From: the human T2T-CHM13v2.0 reference genome, Homo sapiens
Length of the DNA stretch: 64,000 nt
Direction: 5' to 3' (one strand)
NCBI RefSeq assembly: GCF_009914755.1
Contig: NC_060942.1
In this document: positions 43,121 to 56,968 of the stretch, piece by piece
Position numbering within the stretch: the first letter of the stretch is position 1
Layout: every line of letters starts with the position of its first letter
Program-made: the position numbers and the translations under genes
The notes under the pieces: generated by a model
The model's database searches: none
Told to the model about the DNA's origin: nothing
What the model saw: only the letters and a program-made list of their open reading frames with translations

Positions 43121-45225
43121 CTTACTGCCCAAAGTGATCTACAGATTAAATACAGTCTCTATCAAAATTCCAATGACATTTATTTTTACAGAAATTGACA
43201 AAAAATCCTAAAATTCATATAGAACTATCAAAGACCCTGGATAGCCTGGGCAAGCCTGAGCAAAAAGAACAAAGCTGGAGGCATCCCGAACAGTATGGTA
43301 CTGGTATAAAAAAACAGATACATATATCAATGGAACATAATACAGAGCCCAGAAATAAACTCAAGCACACACAGTCAACAAATTTTCAACAAGGACAGAA
43401 GAAGACACCATGAGGAAAGCACTGTCTCTTCAATAAATGGTGCTGAGAAAACTGGGTGTCTACATGCAAAATAAAATTGGACCCTTATCCGGCACCATCT
43501 ACAAAAATCAACTCAAAGTGGATTAAATACTTAAGCAGAAGCTCTGAAACCATAAAAACTCCTACAAAAAGATTTGGGGAAAATCTCTTTGACATTGTTC
43601 TTGGCAATATATTTTTTTTTGATAGGACACCAAAAGCACAGGCAATAAAAGCAAAAATAAACAGGACTACATCAAACTAAAAAGCTTCTGCATAGCAAAG
43701 GAAACAGTATACAAAATGAAAATTCGGTCTACAGATTGGGAAAAAATATTTGTGACCCACATATTTGATAAGGGGTTAATATCCAAAATGTATAAGAACT
43801 CACACAACTCTGGGCAAAAGACTTGAATAGAGATTTCTCCAAAGAAGATATAAAAACAGCCAACAGGTGAAATGAAAAGTGCTCAACATCACTAGTCATT
43901 AGGGAAATGTGAATAGAAACCACAATGAGATATTATCTCACACCTGTTACGATGGCTTTTACCAAAAAGTCATTAATCCTTCTTACAAAGAAATAGTAAA
44001 GGTGTGGAGAAAAGAGAATTCTTGTACACTGTTGGTGGCAATGTAGATTCGTACAGCCACTGTGGAAAACAGTATGGGGGTTTCCTAAAGCAAGTAGAAA
44101 TAGAACTACCATATAACCCAACAATGCTTCTTCTGGGTATATACCCAAAGGAAATGAAGTCACCACCTCGTAGAAACATCTGCACTTCCGTGTCCATTGC
44201 ATTCTTATTCACAATTGCCAAGGTATGGAAACAGTCAAAGTGTCGATCAACAGATGACTAGATGAAGAAATTGTGGCATAGATACACAATGGAATACTAT
44301 TCAGCCTTAAAAAGAGCAGATCCTGCCATCTGTGACAACATGGATGAGCTTAGGGGACATTATGCTAAGTCAAATAAGCCAGACACAGAAAGAAAAATAC
44401 TGCATGATCTTACTTTTAAGTGACATCTAAAAAATTAAATTCAATAAATTGAATAGGTAGAACCAGAAAGTAAAAGGACGGATACCAGAGGTGAAGGGAG
44501 CCTGGAGGCGAAGGGTCGAAATGGGAAGATATAGGTCAAAGCGTACAAAGTTGCGCCCTAACTGTTGAATGAATAAGTTTAGAAATCTAATGTACAACAT
44601 GAGGACTACGGTTAATAATATTCTATTTTATACTGGTAATTTGACAAGAGAGTAGATTTTAGGTACTCTGATCACACACACACACACACACATACAGAGG
44701 AAAAGTAGCTATAGAGATAATGTACCAGTATATCAATTTACTTGACTATAGTGACCACCTCACTATGTATATGCATATCAAGATAAGTATATTGGCCAGG
44801 CACAGTAGCTCATGCCTGAAATCCCAACACTTTGGGAGGCAAAGGCAGAGGATTGCTTGAGTCCAGGAGTTCAAGACACTCCTGGGAAATACAGTGAGAC
44901 CCCGTCTCTACAAAAAATTTAAAAATCAGCTGAGCATGGTGGTGCGTGTCCATAGTCCCAGCTCCTTGGGAAGCTGAGGCAGGAGGATTGTCTCTACAGA
45001 AAAAAAAATTAGTTGGATGTGGTGGCATGTGCCTGTAGTCTCAGCTACTCGGGGGCGCTAAGGTGGGAGGATCACCTGAGCCCAGGAGTTGGAGGCAGCA
45101 GTGAGCCATGGTTGCACTGCTATGCTCCAGCCTAGACAACAGAGTGAGGCTCTGTCTCTCACGGAAAAAAAAAAAGGTAAGTATATGAAAATATGCTGTA
45201 CACCTCAAATATATTCAATTAAAAG
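43121..45225 (+). mobile_element. L1MA-type LINE, 3' half of ORF2 plus 3' UTR (degenerate)
   Basis: ORF2 remnants (KLDPYPAPSTKINSKWIK; [23 protein letters not shown]); 3' UTR AGAGAGTAGATTTTAGGTACTCT. Confidence 0.92.
44793..45175 (+). mobile_element. Alu (AluJ) with duplicated linker/right-arm start
   Basis: Two GTCTCTACA-A(n) linkers; TSD TAAGTATAT. Confidence 0.92.
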
Positions 45226-45379
45226 GAATAAGAAAGTAAGAGGTAGCAATTTTTTCCATTTTCCATAGTTATAACATTGAGAATAAATTTAGTTCTGTTA
45301 ATTGAAAAATAAAAATTTTAAAAAATAAGTCATTCGTTTTTTAAAAGTTCATTAGCAATTGTCTCTGTGACAGTCAGTT

Positions 45380-45935
45380 TATTTCCCTTGCACCTTTGTG
45401 GCTGAGGTTTCGTGTAGAGACAGGGGCCTAAGGAGGACCCTGAGTGGGTCCCCTGAAATGTGGACACAAAGCAACCACCAGTCCACATTCCTCGGTCCAC
45501 AAGGATGTCACGTGAGACTTTTGCTAAGTGTCTTGCTAAAATAAGTCATTTCTGACTATGATATTTTCCTGCTCGTCCAGTGGAGTGCTATGGCATGGAA
45601 ACAAGGTTGTCTGGCACGAGCTCAGATTTCGGGGAACTCATGAGAGTGCCTAGCAATCATTACTTTCTTTAATAAATACGCACAAAGCCCCTTCAATCAT
45701 CTGTTCCGGAGTTTTGCTGAAGCTCAACATTAAATGTAACCAGCACACAGACCCGTAAGTCACCTTTCCTGTTGTGTTGGAAAATCTGGAACTCATTTAC
45801 CCATCTCCGGTCTTTTGCTGTCTCTCCATTCCCCCCGGTTTCTCCGGTTCAGATGGTCCTGTGATCACATCTGCAAGTTCTTTCAGGACTCTGGGGTGCC
45901 ATCTATCTAAGCCAACAGCCATTCCTGCTCTCATT
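45380..45935 (-). mobile_element. L3/CR1 LINE reverse-transcriptase-region relic
   Basis: CR1-like motifs GTCTTGCTAAAAT, ATCATCTGTTCCGGAGTTTTGC, CATCTGCAAGTTCTTTCAGGACTCTGGGGTG. Confidence 0.65.
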
Positions 45936-46931
45936 TTAAGCAGTTAGATGCTCTCTTTGCCTGTGTCTTGGGTTGAAGATCATTCTGCTTGAGAGAGAAA
46001 ACAAAAGCTTTGTCTTTTGTGCTGTTTTATCAGATACATTACATTTTTTCATTTACATTGATGATCTTTCTTTTTGTCTTTCCTGGTTCTATCAGGGCAA
46101 AATGTTATTCGCTGTCCCATATATACTTTACACTGCAAAATCTCATTAAGTAGATATCAGTTTAATTCAAGATATACTATCCAGAGCTGCAAAGATTCCC
46201 TTGCTGACTATAGGATCCATTGATATGATAGATTAATTTGTATTATTATAAACATACTGAAGGATTCCACATGTAGTTCTATTTTTCCCTATTCCTTTGA
46301 GTTTTGAATTAATCTTGAGTCTTTGTCATATATTACCAACGTTTTTAAATGAGTATCAGAAGTAACATACATCATGTACTGAATCACACCATTCTGTTCT
46401 CCATAAATGATGTCAGTATCAGAAGGTACATATTTCTTTCTCTCCATGCTTCCTGTCCAGTGAACATGTTTACCTGCCCATTCATGGCTGATCTATCAGA
46501 TCTCTGAACACCAAAGAAGGCCTGCAAAACCTTATACATTGGCCTCTTCGAGGACCAAACCAACTGAAAACCTGTATTGGCTGCGTGAGTCCCAGCTCCC
46601 GTGAGGGATGTCACCCAGCCACCTGGTGCTGATGCTGTGCACTGCTGCAGGGGAGGCCTCTGCTTCCTCCAAAGCTGGTCAACTCTCAGTGTAGGATTTC
46701 CACCGAGGGGCACGGCAGCACAGCACTTTCCTAAGGGTGTTGCGGAAATAACCCAAGAATCATCCCCCTTTCCTCCCATTGCTGCCTGTTCTTCAGTGCA
46801 TTTTTACATTTGGCTGTGGCGCCTCAGCCATTGCAAGAAAGGGAGTCTGGGAGAAGGCTAATGGGAGAGAGGCCCCTTATAACTGCTTCAACCTGAGCAG
46901 ATTTATTCCTATTTTCAAAACATATATTTGT

Positions 46932-47422
46932 TGTATTAGTCAGAGTTGCTCAGAGAAACAAAATGAATAGATGATAGGTAGATGGATAGATAGATAAATA
47001 GATGCAAAGGACATGTTAGAGGAATTGGCTCGCCTGATGATGGAGGCTAACAAGTCCCTTGATAGGCCATCTACAAGCTGGAGAATGTGAGGTGCCAGTA
47101 ACATGGCTCAGTCCAAGTAAAAAGGCCTCAGGACCTGAAGGCCACTGGTACAAGTCCTGGAGTACAAAGGCCAGAGAGCCTGGAGTTCTGTCTAAAAGCA
47201 GAAGAAGAGCGTTTCCCAGCTCCAGAAGAGAGACAGAGAGACCAATTTGCCTTTCCTCTGATTTTGTTCTATCTAGGACTCCAGCCGATTGGATGGTGCA
47301 AATTTTCCCCACTTAGGCATGTCAGACTGACACGCCAGTCTCCTCCGGAAACACCCTCACTGACACACCCCAGAATAATGCTTTGTCAGTTCTTTAACTT
47401 GACACCTAAAATTAGCCATCAC
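46932..47422 (-). mobile_element. MLT2B/D-like ERVL LTR
   Basis: TGTATTAGTCAGAGTT..GGAATTGGCTC..AAACACCCTCAC..AACTTGACACCTAAAATTAGCCATCAC. Confidence 0.88.
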
Positions 47423-47521
47423 CTTTGGCATCCTTGAAAGACTGTGTTTCAAAAAAAATCCTTCAAGATGGTTTATAGTAATAACTATCTTTGGAGGCTA
47501 CTCATATCTGCCCCCCCCACT

Positions 47522-47692
47522 TAAAGGCGGCAGGTTTCGCAAGTAAAAATACATGATGTTCAACTGAATTTGAATTTCGGATATGTAATAAAGTTTTTTA
47601 GGATTAGTATGTCCCATATTTTTCACAGGACATATCTATACTGAAGAATGATCAGTTGTTTACGTGAAATTCCAAGTCAGCTGGCAGTCCTT
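47522..47692. mobile_element. MER53
   Basis: AAAAATACATGATG..AATTTGAATTTC..AGTATGTCCCATAT..GTTGTTTA..GAAATTC. Confidence 0.75.
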
Positions 47693-47749
47693 CCCCATCC
47701 CAGTGAACCGGCAGCCCTTTGTCCCACTCCAGAGCCTGACAAAGCTTGC

Positions 47750-48460
47750 CTTGTCTCACCGACCCCTGCTGTGGAAGAGCCCTGCGTCCTTCAGCAGCAA
47801 AGTAGGGCCACGCCCCTCGGGCCCGGCCTCTGGCCTCCGTCACGCTCCCTTCTCACTGCCGCTCCAGGCCTCCCGGACCCAGGTCACCTTCGCTTGGATT
47901 ATAAGAACCAATGCCCCTTTTAGGCTTCCGGGGCAGGCTGACTTCCATTGCTCTTTATCCCCGGAAATGACCGCACATCAGCCTTCCCAGCTCTAAGCTG
48001 GGAAAGAAAATCCTTAAGTGATTTCCCCAGTAGAGGCTCTTAGCCGGGACTGCCGATCTACAGCTGGCCGGGGTTAGGGGTGAGGGTGGCGGGGGCTGAC
48101 AGGTCCTGAGGAAGTGCCCGGAGGCCGAGGGAGGCGGGAAGGAGGAAATGTGTTCTGCCACGGCTGTAAAAGGCAGGGAAGGTTCTAGAAGATGGCTGAA
48201 AAAAGCATCCGGCCTACGATAGCCAAGGCGTCTGAGCGCGTGCTTCCGGTATTTCCCATCTTTTCTCAGCAAAGATCGAGGAGTCCCCGAGGCGGAGTCT
48301 GAGTGCCTCCGCGGATCTGCCATTTAGGGGCCTCGCGCAGCCATGAGCCAGCTGTGGAACCTTCCTGCCCTTTTCCCCAAGGAACGGGTGCTAGTGCCTG
48401 TCCTGCTGGGGTTGCGTGGGCGCTAAATGAACTCACTCGCGACTTGGGTTCCTGTCCCTT
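47750..48460. promoter_or_regulatory. CpG-island promoter-like region, gene not identified
   Basis: Non-repeat, GC- and CpG-rich. ETS sites CTTCCGG (47925, 48243) and CCGGAAAT (47961); CCAAT at 47908; GC box near 48090; YY1-like AAGATGGC (48189) and GCCATTT (48319). Confidence 0.75.
48177..48191. promoter_or_regulatory. Canonical three-unit heat-shock element
   Basis: gGAAggTTCtaGAAg matches nGAAnnTTCnnGAAn exactly. Confidence 0.5.
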
Positions 48461-48514
48461 CCCTTCTCCATTTTCCAAAATTAAATTCCTCTTCTCTCAC
48501 CAAATGAAAATGAA

Positions 48515-48786
48515 GCTCAGGCCTGTAATCCCAGCACTTTGGGAGGCCGAGGCGGGCGGATCACTTGACGGCCGTGGTTCGAGACCAGCCTGGCCGACAT
48601 GGTGAAGCCCTGTCTCTACTAAAAATGTAAAAATTAGCTGGACTGGGCGGGGCGCGCCTCCAATTCCAGCTACTCGGGAGGCTGAGGCGCGAGAATGGCG
48701 TGAACCCGGGAGGCGGATGCTGCCGTGAGCCGAGATCGCAGCACTGCACTCCAGCCTGGGCGGCAGAGCCAGACTCTCATAAAAAT
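48515..48786 (+). mobile_element. 5'-clipped, CpG-rich Alu
   Basis: Dimer with many non-consensus CpGs; TSD-like AAATGAAA(A/G)TGAAG. Confidence 0.93.
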
Positions 48787-49648
48787 GAAAGTGAAGTTAA
48801 ACCAAGTAAAATGATCATGCTTTGGAGAGAATGAAGTGAGGAGGAAAAAAAGAAAATAATCACCTACAAACGTTGACCTTAAAGCAAATTATACAACTTA
48901 GTTTGAAAATATGCCAATCGGCCTGGGAATATGAGGAGATTCTGTTGTTGATGGACAGTGGACTGAACACACACATTTACTGCTTCTCCTTCCAGAAACA
49001 TGACTGAAATTATGACAAAGGGACAAACAAAAGCTGTAAACACACAGAACCAAGAGTACAGGAGGGAAGACAAGAGCAAAGGCCGGAAGCAGAAAGAGTG
49101 GTGAGCTAACTCAGCTCCCCGTAAGGCAGCTTGGTTTCCCGCGGGAAGCACAAGGCAGCCGGGGAAATGGCACGGCAGTGCCTTCTGGAAGAGACATAAA
49201 GGAGGGAATGGAACAGGTTGGGTACATCCTTAGGACCCTCCCTCTAAATCTTCAGCGGAGTGAGCCCCACCTTGTTGAGGGGTGGGGGGGTGTGCAAGTC
49301 GCTTCCTGAATGTTGGCTGTCAGGTGTAAACCCCCCAGGCAAGAAATCGATTTTTTTTTTTCTTCTGGGGAAGCTGATCAGCATGAGAGAAACATACCTA
49401 AAAATCCTGAAACTGAGGGTGTGGAAGGGCCCTCATTGAAGAAGCTCAGCCTCCAAGCAAGCCCAAGCCCCCTTCCATATATGCAAAGTATTCAAACAGC
49501 TTTTTAGTAGTTAAATTTTATGCAATGACAGGAAGCCAAGGATGATCAGACATCTGAGGGGGAGTTTCTCATATGAAAGTTGTAGTTCTAAACATCAGTT
49601 GGGGGGAAAAATCAATTCAGAGGAAACCTGGACTATACATAGAAGTGA

Positions 49649-50053
<405 letters not shown>

Positions 50054-50077
50054 CAACCCAACTCTTAAAAAATTAAA

Positions 50078-51200
50078 ATACCCACATTTAAGATGCCTGT
50101 AACTATAAGACACCCAATTATTTTCTGTACCATTAAAAAAAGAAAGCCAGGCACGGTGGCTCACTCCTATAATCCCAGCACTTTAAGAGGCCAAGGCAGG
50201 AGGATTGCTTGAGCCTGGGAGTTCAAGACCAGCCTGGCTAATAGAGAAAGACCCCATCTCTACAAAATTAAAAGATAAAAATTAGCCTTGTGTGGTGGTA
50301 AACACCTGTAGTGAGCTATGATCATGCCACTGCATTCCAGCCTGAGCAGCAAGATCTTGCCTCAAAAAAAGAGAAAAGAAAAGAAAAAAAACACAAAACC
50401 GCTAACCAATGTATGACACTGCTTAACATAACAAGTTTTGCCCATTGAAAAAATCTTTTAATGTTACTTAGAGATAAATGTATTAAACATCACCATTGTT
50501 TGTATATATAAAAGAAAAAATAAGCAAAACACTTTACTTAAGGAATTCATAAACATCTTCACATTTAAAGTGTGAGTCCTGTGAAACCAGTTCCCAGCTC
50601 AGAATTATTGACATTGTTTTTTCCCCATTTAATATCTTTCTCCATATCATTAAGAGTATTGATGATGCATTATATTTTAGCCAATTGTTCCACTAGTGTG
50701 TCAGGGATTTTTTTCTAAGCTATTGATACCAATTTTTTAATTTTGAAGCTAGCACTTAATTTGGCTTTATTTAACTTAAATAATCATTTCACTTTTTCTC
50801 CATTGAATCACATCACTGAATGTCATGGTGTTTCGGTCCAAGGTCCGCAGGAAGCTTCTGACAAACTAAGTTTCAATGCTTCAATGATAAACCTGTACAA
50901 TGCACAAATTGGTCATACCAACTCCTTGTTGCTTTGAAAGTTTTCTCATTTATTCCAAATGATTTGACATTTTTACTGCCTTCAGTTGCATTTCCTGACA
51001 TGTAGTATCAACATGTGTGGCATCAACCATGCATGTAACTCAACTGAGGAGATGGCAAGCTTGTGCATACACGGGCAATGGCAATGACGCTGTGACTGGT
51101 GCCTGAACAATGGTCATTGTCACGGTTCATTATTTATGTAGTACATTCTGATCACAGAGGTTATAAACTGAAAAATATGCATCTTAGAATCAATTAAGAA
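50078..51200. mobile_element. TcMar-Tc2 (Kanga-like) DNA transposon relic
   Basis: Termini TAAGATGCC..TATAAGACAC and AAATATGCATCTTAGAATCAAT resemble Tc2 TIRs. Confidence 0.55.
50146..50390 (+). mobile_element. Alu (AluJ) with right-arm deletion
   Basis: CCTGTAG joins directly to TGAGCTATGATC. Confidence 0.92.
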
Positions 51201-51221
51201 CATTTAAAAAATAGCACTCAC

Positions 51222-51642
<421 letters not shown>

Positions 51643-51776
51643 TTAGAGAATCAAACCAGAAAGTCCAACAAATGAATAACAAGAGTTTGAAAGAGAGAAC
51701 AGAACATAATGGAGAGAGAAAACAACAAAGAAATAATTTGAGAACATTTCCTGAAACTGACCTATGAGAGTTTTCA

Positions 51777-52124
<348 letters not shown>

Positions 52125-52196
52125 TTACAGTAAGACTTTAGGGTACATCATTGTGAAGAATGAAGAACTTAAAAGATCTTAAAAGCTCCCAAACAG

Positions 52197-52468
52197 GGCT
52201 GGGCATGGTGGCTCACACCTGTAATCCCAGCATTTTGGGAGGCCAATGTGGGAGAATTGCCTGAGGCCAGGATTTTGAGACGAGCCGAGGCAGCATAGTG
52301 AGACCCTATCTCTACAAAAAAATTTTAAAACTTACCCGGGCATAATGGTGTGCACCTATAGTTGTAGCTACTTGGGAGGGTGGGATCACTTGAGCCCAGG
52401 AGTTTGAGGCTACACCTCTAGCCTGGGTGATACAGCAAGACACCATCTCTAAAAACAAAAACAAAGAA
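52197..52468 (+). mobile_element. Alu (AluJ) with deletions
   Basis: Diverged dimer. Confidence 0.92.
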
Positions 52469-53390
52469 AACTTCCACAAAAAAAAATCTGATTTCTTAGA
52501 AAGGAACAGGTCTTAGAATGGTTCTGGACCTCTTAATGACTACATTGTATGCAAATAAAATAAAATAACATAAAAATTCACAGGAAAATGATATTTGTAT
52601 TTAGACTTCTCTTTCCAGTCAAATTTTGATTAAATATGAGACTGGAATGAAGATCTCTCCAGATGTTCAAGGGCTCAAAAAATTGATCTCTGAGTACGCT
52701 TTCCCAGAAAGATACTAGAGGAAGTACTCCACCAAAATAAGCGAAAGAACCTAAAAGAAGAAGACACTGAATTTAGGGAATCCAACAAAAGAAGGATGTG
52801 AACAGTACCCCCAGGGAAAAGATGAGGAAGACCCAGGAAGACAGCTTTGTTGCAAGCCTAGAGAGTCACAGTCCAGAGAGAGGCGCAGGTTGGAACATTC
52901 AGGTAGGGATGATTCCATGAAGAGACTGAGAGAAAATCAGATGTATTGAGAGGAGATTTAAACCATGGGAAAATTGAGAAATATGTTAATTATTGTATGT
53001 TGCTTAGAAAACTAAGCAAAGGAAAATACTTGACATTTGCTAACTCCAGTGAAAATACAAAGTTAGCAGTAGAGGAAAAGTAATCATCGTATACTGTATG
53101 GCTCAGCTACACAGCAGTGGCTAGCACTTACAGTCATAGGAATCAGTGAATACCAATGTAGCCAAAATTGGGATATGTAATGGGAGTATGGGAGGTGGTC
53201 AAGTCATATGTGTAGGAGATGGGGACATGGACAGAGGCAGCGAAGAAGTAAGTCCTTACCTTCTGATGTGGGAAGTCAGCAGATGGTACCTAAAAGTGAA
53301 AAATCAAGAAACAGCAGTGTAAGTGTGCTATCAGCGATAGGACGATAAAGACCAACAGTTGTCGCTGAAAGTTTGAGAGTAGTTTCCTTC

Positions 53391-54091
<701 letters not shown>

Positions 54092-54254
54092 TCAGAACTA
54101 GAAAGAAAGGGCAGTGCAAGGGACTGCTCTTTTTTTTTACAGTAAACCTTATAGAATCATTTCATTCATTAAAGTGATATGTATAATAAATAACAACCAA
54201 ATATTTGGAGAGTAGGAACAATAAAAGAGGCATCGTAATGAGGTAATTACCAGA

Positions 54255-54420
54255 ATGGGAGGCTGGGGCCCAAGTCTTTTAACCTCTGTAAGACTCAGTT
54301 TCCTCACATATAAAATACAAATTATAGTATGGACCATAATTTTCTGGGCTGATTGCAAGGGATAAATAAACTAAGATATATGGTTTTGCAAATTTAAAGC
54401 ACCATAGAAATGTAGAAAAT
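54255..54420 (+). mobile_element. MIR
   Basis: TTAACCTCTGTAAGACTCAGTTTCCTCACATATAAAAT. Confidence 0.7.
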
Positions 54421-54754
54421 TGTATTTATTAAGTGTATAAGACAAAAGGCGAGTAATAAAACTGGTTTAATGCAAAGAAACATCTGGCTCTTTGATACTT
54501 GTTTGCAGTCCTCAGAAACTTGAACTGAAAAATCTCTGTCATTCATAGTAGATGGCATGGCTAATGTTTATGGAAAAGAAGATGGTGCCACCTTCCACAG
54601 GGCACTGTGGCTGCTCTTATGAAACAAAACACCAGTGGAGTCTGCAACCAAACTAGTGTTCTATGTGTGTTGTGCACATGTCCAATATGTATCATAAGAT
54701 GCTTCCTAAGGTTGCTCCTGAGACATCTTGCCTACATGCTACACAAACGTGGCT

Positions 54755-55083
54755 GCCTTAGTCCATTTTGGCTGCTATAACAAAATATCTTATAAATAAC
54801 ATAAATCTATTTCCTACAGTCCTAGAGGCTGAGGAGTCCAAGATCAACGTGCGAACAGATTCACTGTTGGGTAAGGGCCGTTCCTCAGGCCTTCTTGCTG
54901 TGTCCTTACATGATGAAAGAGGGGAACAAAGGACCGCTTTTATAAGGCACTAATCCCATTCATGAGGGCTCTACCTTCATGACCTAATCAACTCATAAAT
55001 GTCCCACCTATTCACACTAATGCATTGGAGAAAGATTTCAACATATGAATTTTGGGGGTGACACAAACATTCAGACTATAACA
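54755..55083 (-). mobile_element. MLT1A/MSTD-like LTR
   Basis: TTAGTCCATTTTGGCTGCTATAACAAAATA..GGCACTAATCCCATTCATGAGGG..ACATTCAGACTATAACA. Confidence 0.88.
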
Positions 55084-55104
55084 GGGACCAAGTCTGTGGT
55101 GTAG

Positions 55105-55260
55105 GTAATAATATTGCACATATTTCAAATTCTTGGTTTTGAAAATATGCTGTGGCTATGTAAGATGTTATCAATGTGGGAAGCAGGGTGATGGGAACAC
55201 ACTGTACTATTTTTACAACTTCTCGAAAGTCTAAAAGTAATTCAAAACAAAAAGCTAAAA
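55105..55260 (+). mobile_element. L1M 3' end fragment
   Basis: GTGGCTATGTAAGATGTTA..CTGTACTATTTTTACAACTTC..GTCTAAAA. Confidence 0.65.
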
Positions 55261-55886
55261 AGGAAGTATTTAGATCCAACCAATGCCCCAATTTAAAGAT
55301 AATCCAAACTACATCTGGATCCCAAAGGAGGTCTGAACCCTCCAAGAACACTAGACTGTGCTGTGCTGCAGCAAGTGAAAGGCTGTATCGACACCTAAGA
55401 GGCTGATCTGTTCTCACCAAGGAACAGGATTTTCCCAATTCCGTTTTCCTGAACCATTTGTTCATTACTTCCCCTCAAGCCACAGTTTCATTTATGCCAT
55501 TAAGAAAAATTATCACATATAATCGCCAACCTTGGGAAAAGAATATAGTCATTTTGTTTTCTTTCAGACCACAAAGTAGGAAATCAGAAGCCTTGGGTAA
55601 ATTGAAAATCCCAACTTTGTTTTATTTAAGGGATGCCAAGACTCCCTGTGCCCCTGGCACTCTGGGTGGGGGGATTTCCTGCATGCCAAATTGCTAATGC
55701 AAGATGCATTAGCCCATAGCTTTAGAAGTTCCAGATTTCTTGGCACCAAAGGGTTATGAATAATCCTTTCCACTCCCCTTGACTGTTGGAGGACTTTCAA
55801 AATATTTTCTAGTCTTTACTTCTACTGCCCTTTGATCTTGTCAGGGAGAATCCAAGAGACCAACTTGTTTGTTTCCTGGACTAACA

Positions 55887-56055
55887 GCAATGCTTCTCCA
55901 ACTTTAACAAACATAGGAATTACCTGGTAAAAATACAGACTCGCAGGTCACACTCCTTGAAATTCTGGGGTGAGGCAAGTTGTACCCAATATCGACAATG
56001 ATTCCAGGTGATCTGATGTGGGGTTGACTATATATCACACCATGAAAATCACTGG
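55887..56055. mobile_element. MER5-family MITE
   Basis: GCAATGCTTCTCCAACTTT..GAATTACCTGG..CCAGGTGATCTGATG..GAAAATCACTGG. Confidence 0.65.
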
Positions 56056-56101
56056 CAGAGAGATATAAAAGATAAAGAACATCCTAAAAAAGTGCTTTGA
56101 A

Positions 56102-56394
56102 GGCCAGGCATGGTGGCTCATGCCTGTAATCCCAGCACTCTGGGAGGCTGAGGCCGGGGGGATCACCTGAGGTCAGGAGTTTGAGACCAGCCTGGCCAAC
56201 ATGGCGAAACCCCATCTCTACTAAAAATACAAAAATTAGCCGGGCGTGGTGGCCGGCACCTGTAATCCCAGCTACTTGGGAGGCTGAGGCAGGAGAATTG
56301 CTTGAACTCAGGAGGCTGCAGTGAGCTGAGATCATACCACTGCACTCCATACTCCAGCCTGGGTGATAGTGAGAGACTCTGTCTCAAAAAAAAA
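56102..56394 (+). mobile_element. Alu (AluS)
   Basis: Dimer with poly-A. Confidence 0.96.
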
Positions 56395-56397
56395 GCT

Positions 56398-56788
56398 GTG
56401 ATGTGGTTTGGATGTCTATCCCTTCCAAATCTCATGTTGAAAGTGGAGTCTAGTGGGAGGTATTGGATGATGGAGATGGGTCCCTCATGAATGACTTAGT
56501 GCCATCCCCTTGGTGATGAGTGAGTTCTTAGTTCACACGAGATCTGGTTGTTTAAGAGTCTGGGACCTCCTGCTTCTCTCTCTTGCTTCCTCTCTCACCA
56601 TGTGATACAGCAGCTTCCCCTTCACCTTCCGCCATGATTGTAAGCTCCCTGGAGCCCTCACCAAAAGCAGAGGCCAGCACCATCCTTCCTGTACAGGCTG
56701 CAGGACTGTGAGCCAAAATAAACCTCTTTTCTTTATAAATTACTCAGTCTCATACATTCCTTTATAGCAACACAAACAGACTAATACA
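56398..56788 (+). mobile_element. MSTB-like MaLR LTR
   Basis: TGATGTGGTTTGGATGT..CCATGATTGTAAGCT..AATAAACCTCTTTTC..GACTAATACA. Confidence 0.92.
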
Positions 56789-56793
56789 TCTTT

Positions 56794-56848
56794 AAAAGAA
56801 AAGAAAAGAAAGAAGAAAGAAGGAAAGAAAGAGAGAAAGACAGAAGGA

Positions 56849-56880
<32 letters not shown>

Positions 56881-56882
56881 AA

Positions 56883-56937
<55 letters not shown>

Positions 56938-56968
56938 GCAGGAAGGAAGGAAAAAGAAAGAAAGAAAA
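56794..56968. repeat. (GAAA)n compound purine microsatellite
   Basis: About 175 bp almost purely A/G, with long perfect GAAA runs. Confidence 0.97.

Noticed and set aside
43195-44261. L1 ORF2-like peptides as an active LINE
   Set aside because: The element is 5'-truncated, internally deleted and frameshifted.
47955-48605. ORFs across the CpG island (122 aa minus strand; GCAGCCATGAGC start on the plus strand)
   Set aside because: GC-rich DNA has few stop codons. No recognisable domain is present, and one ORF runs into an Alu.
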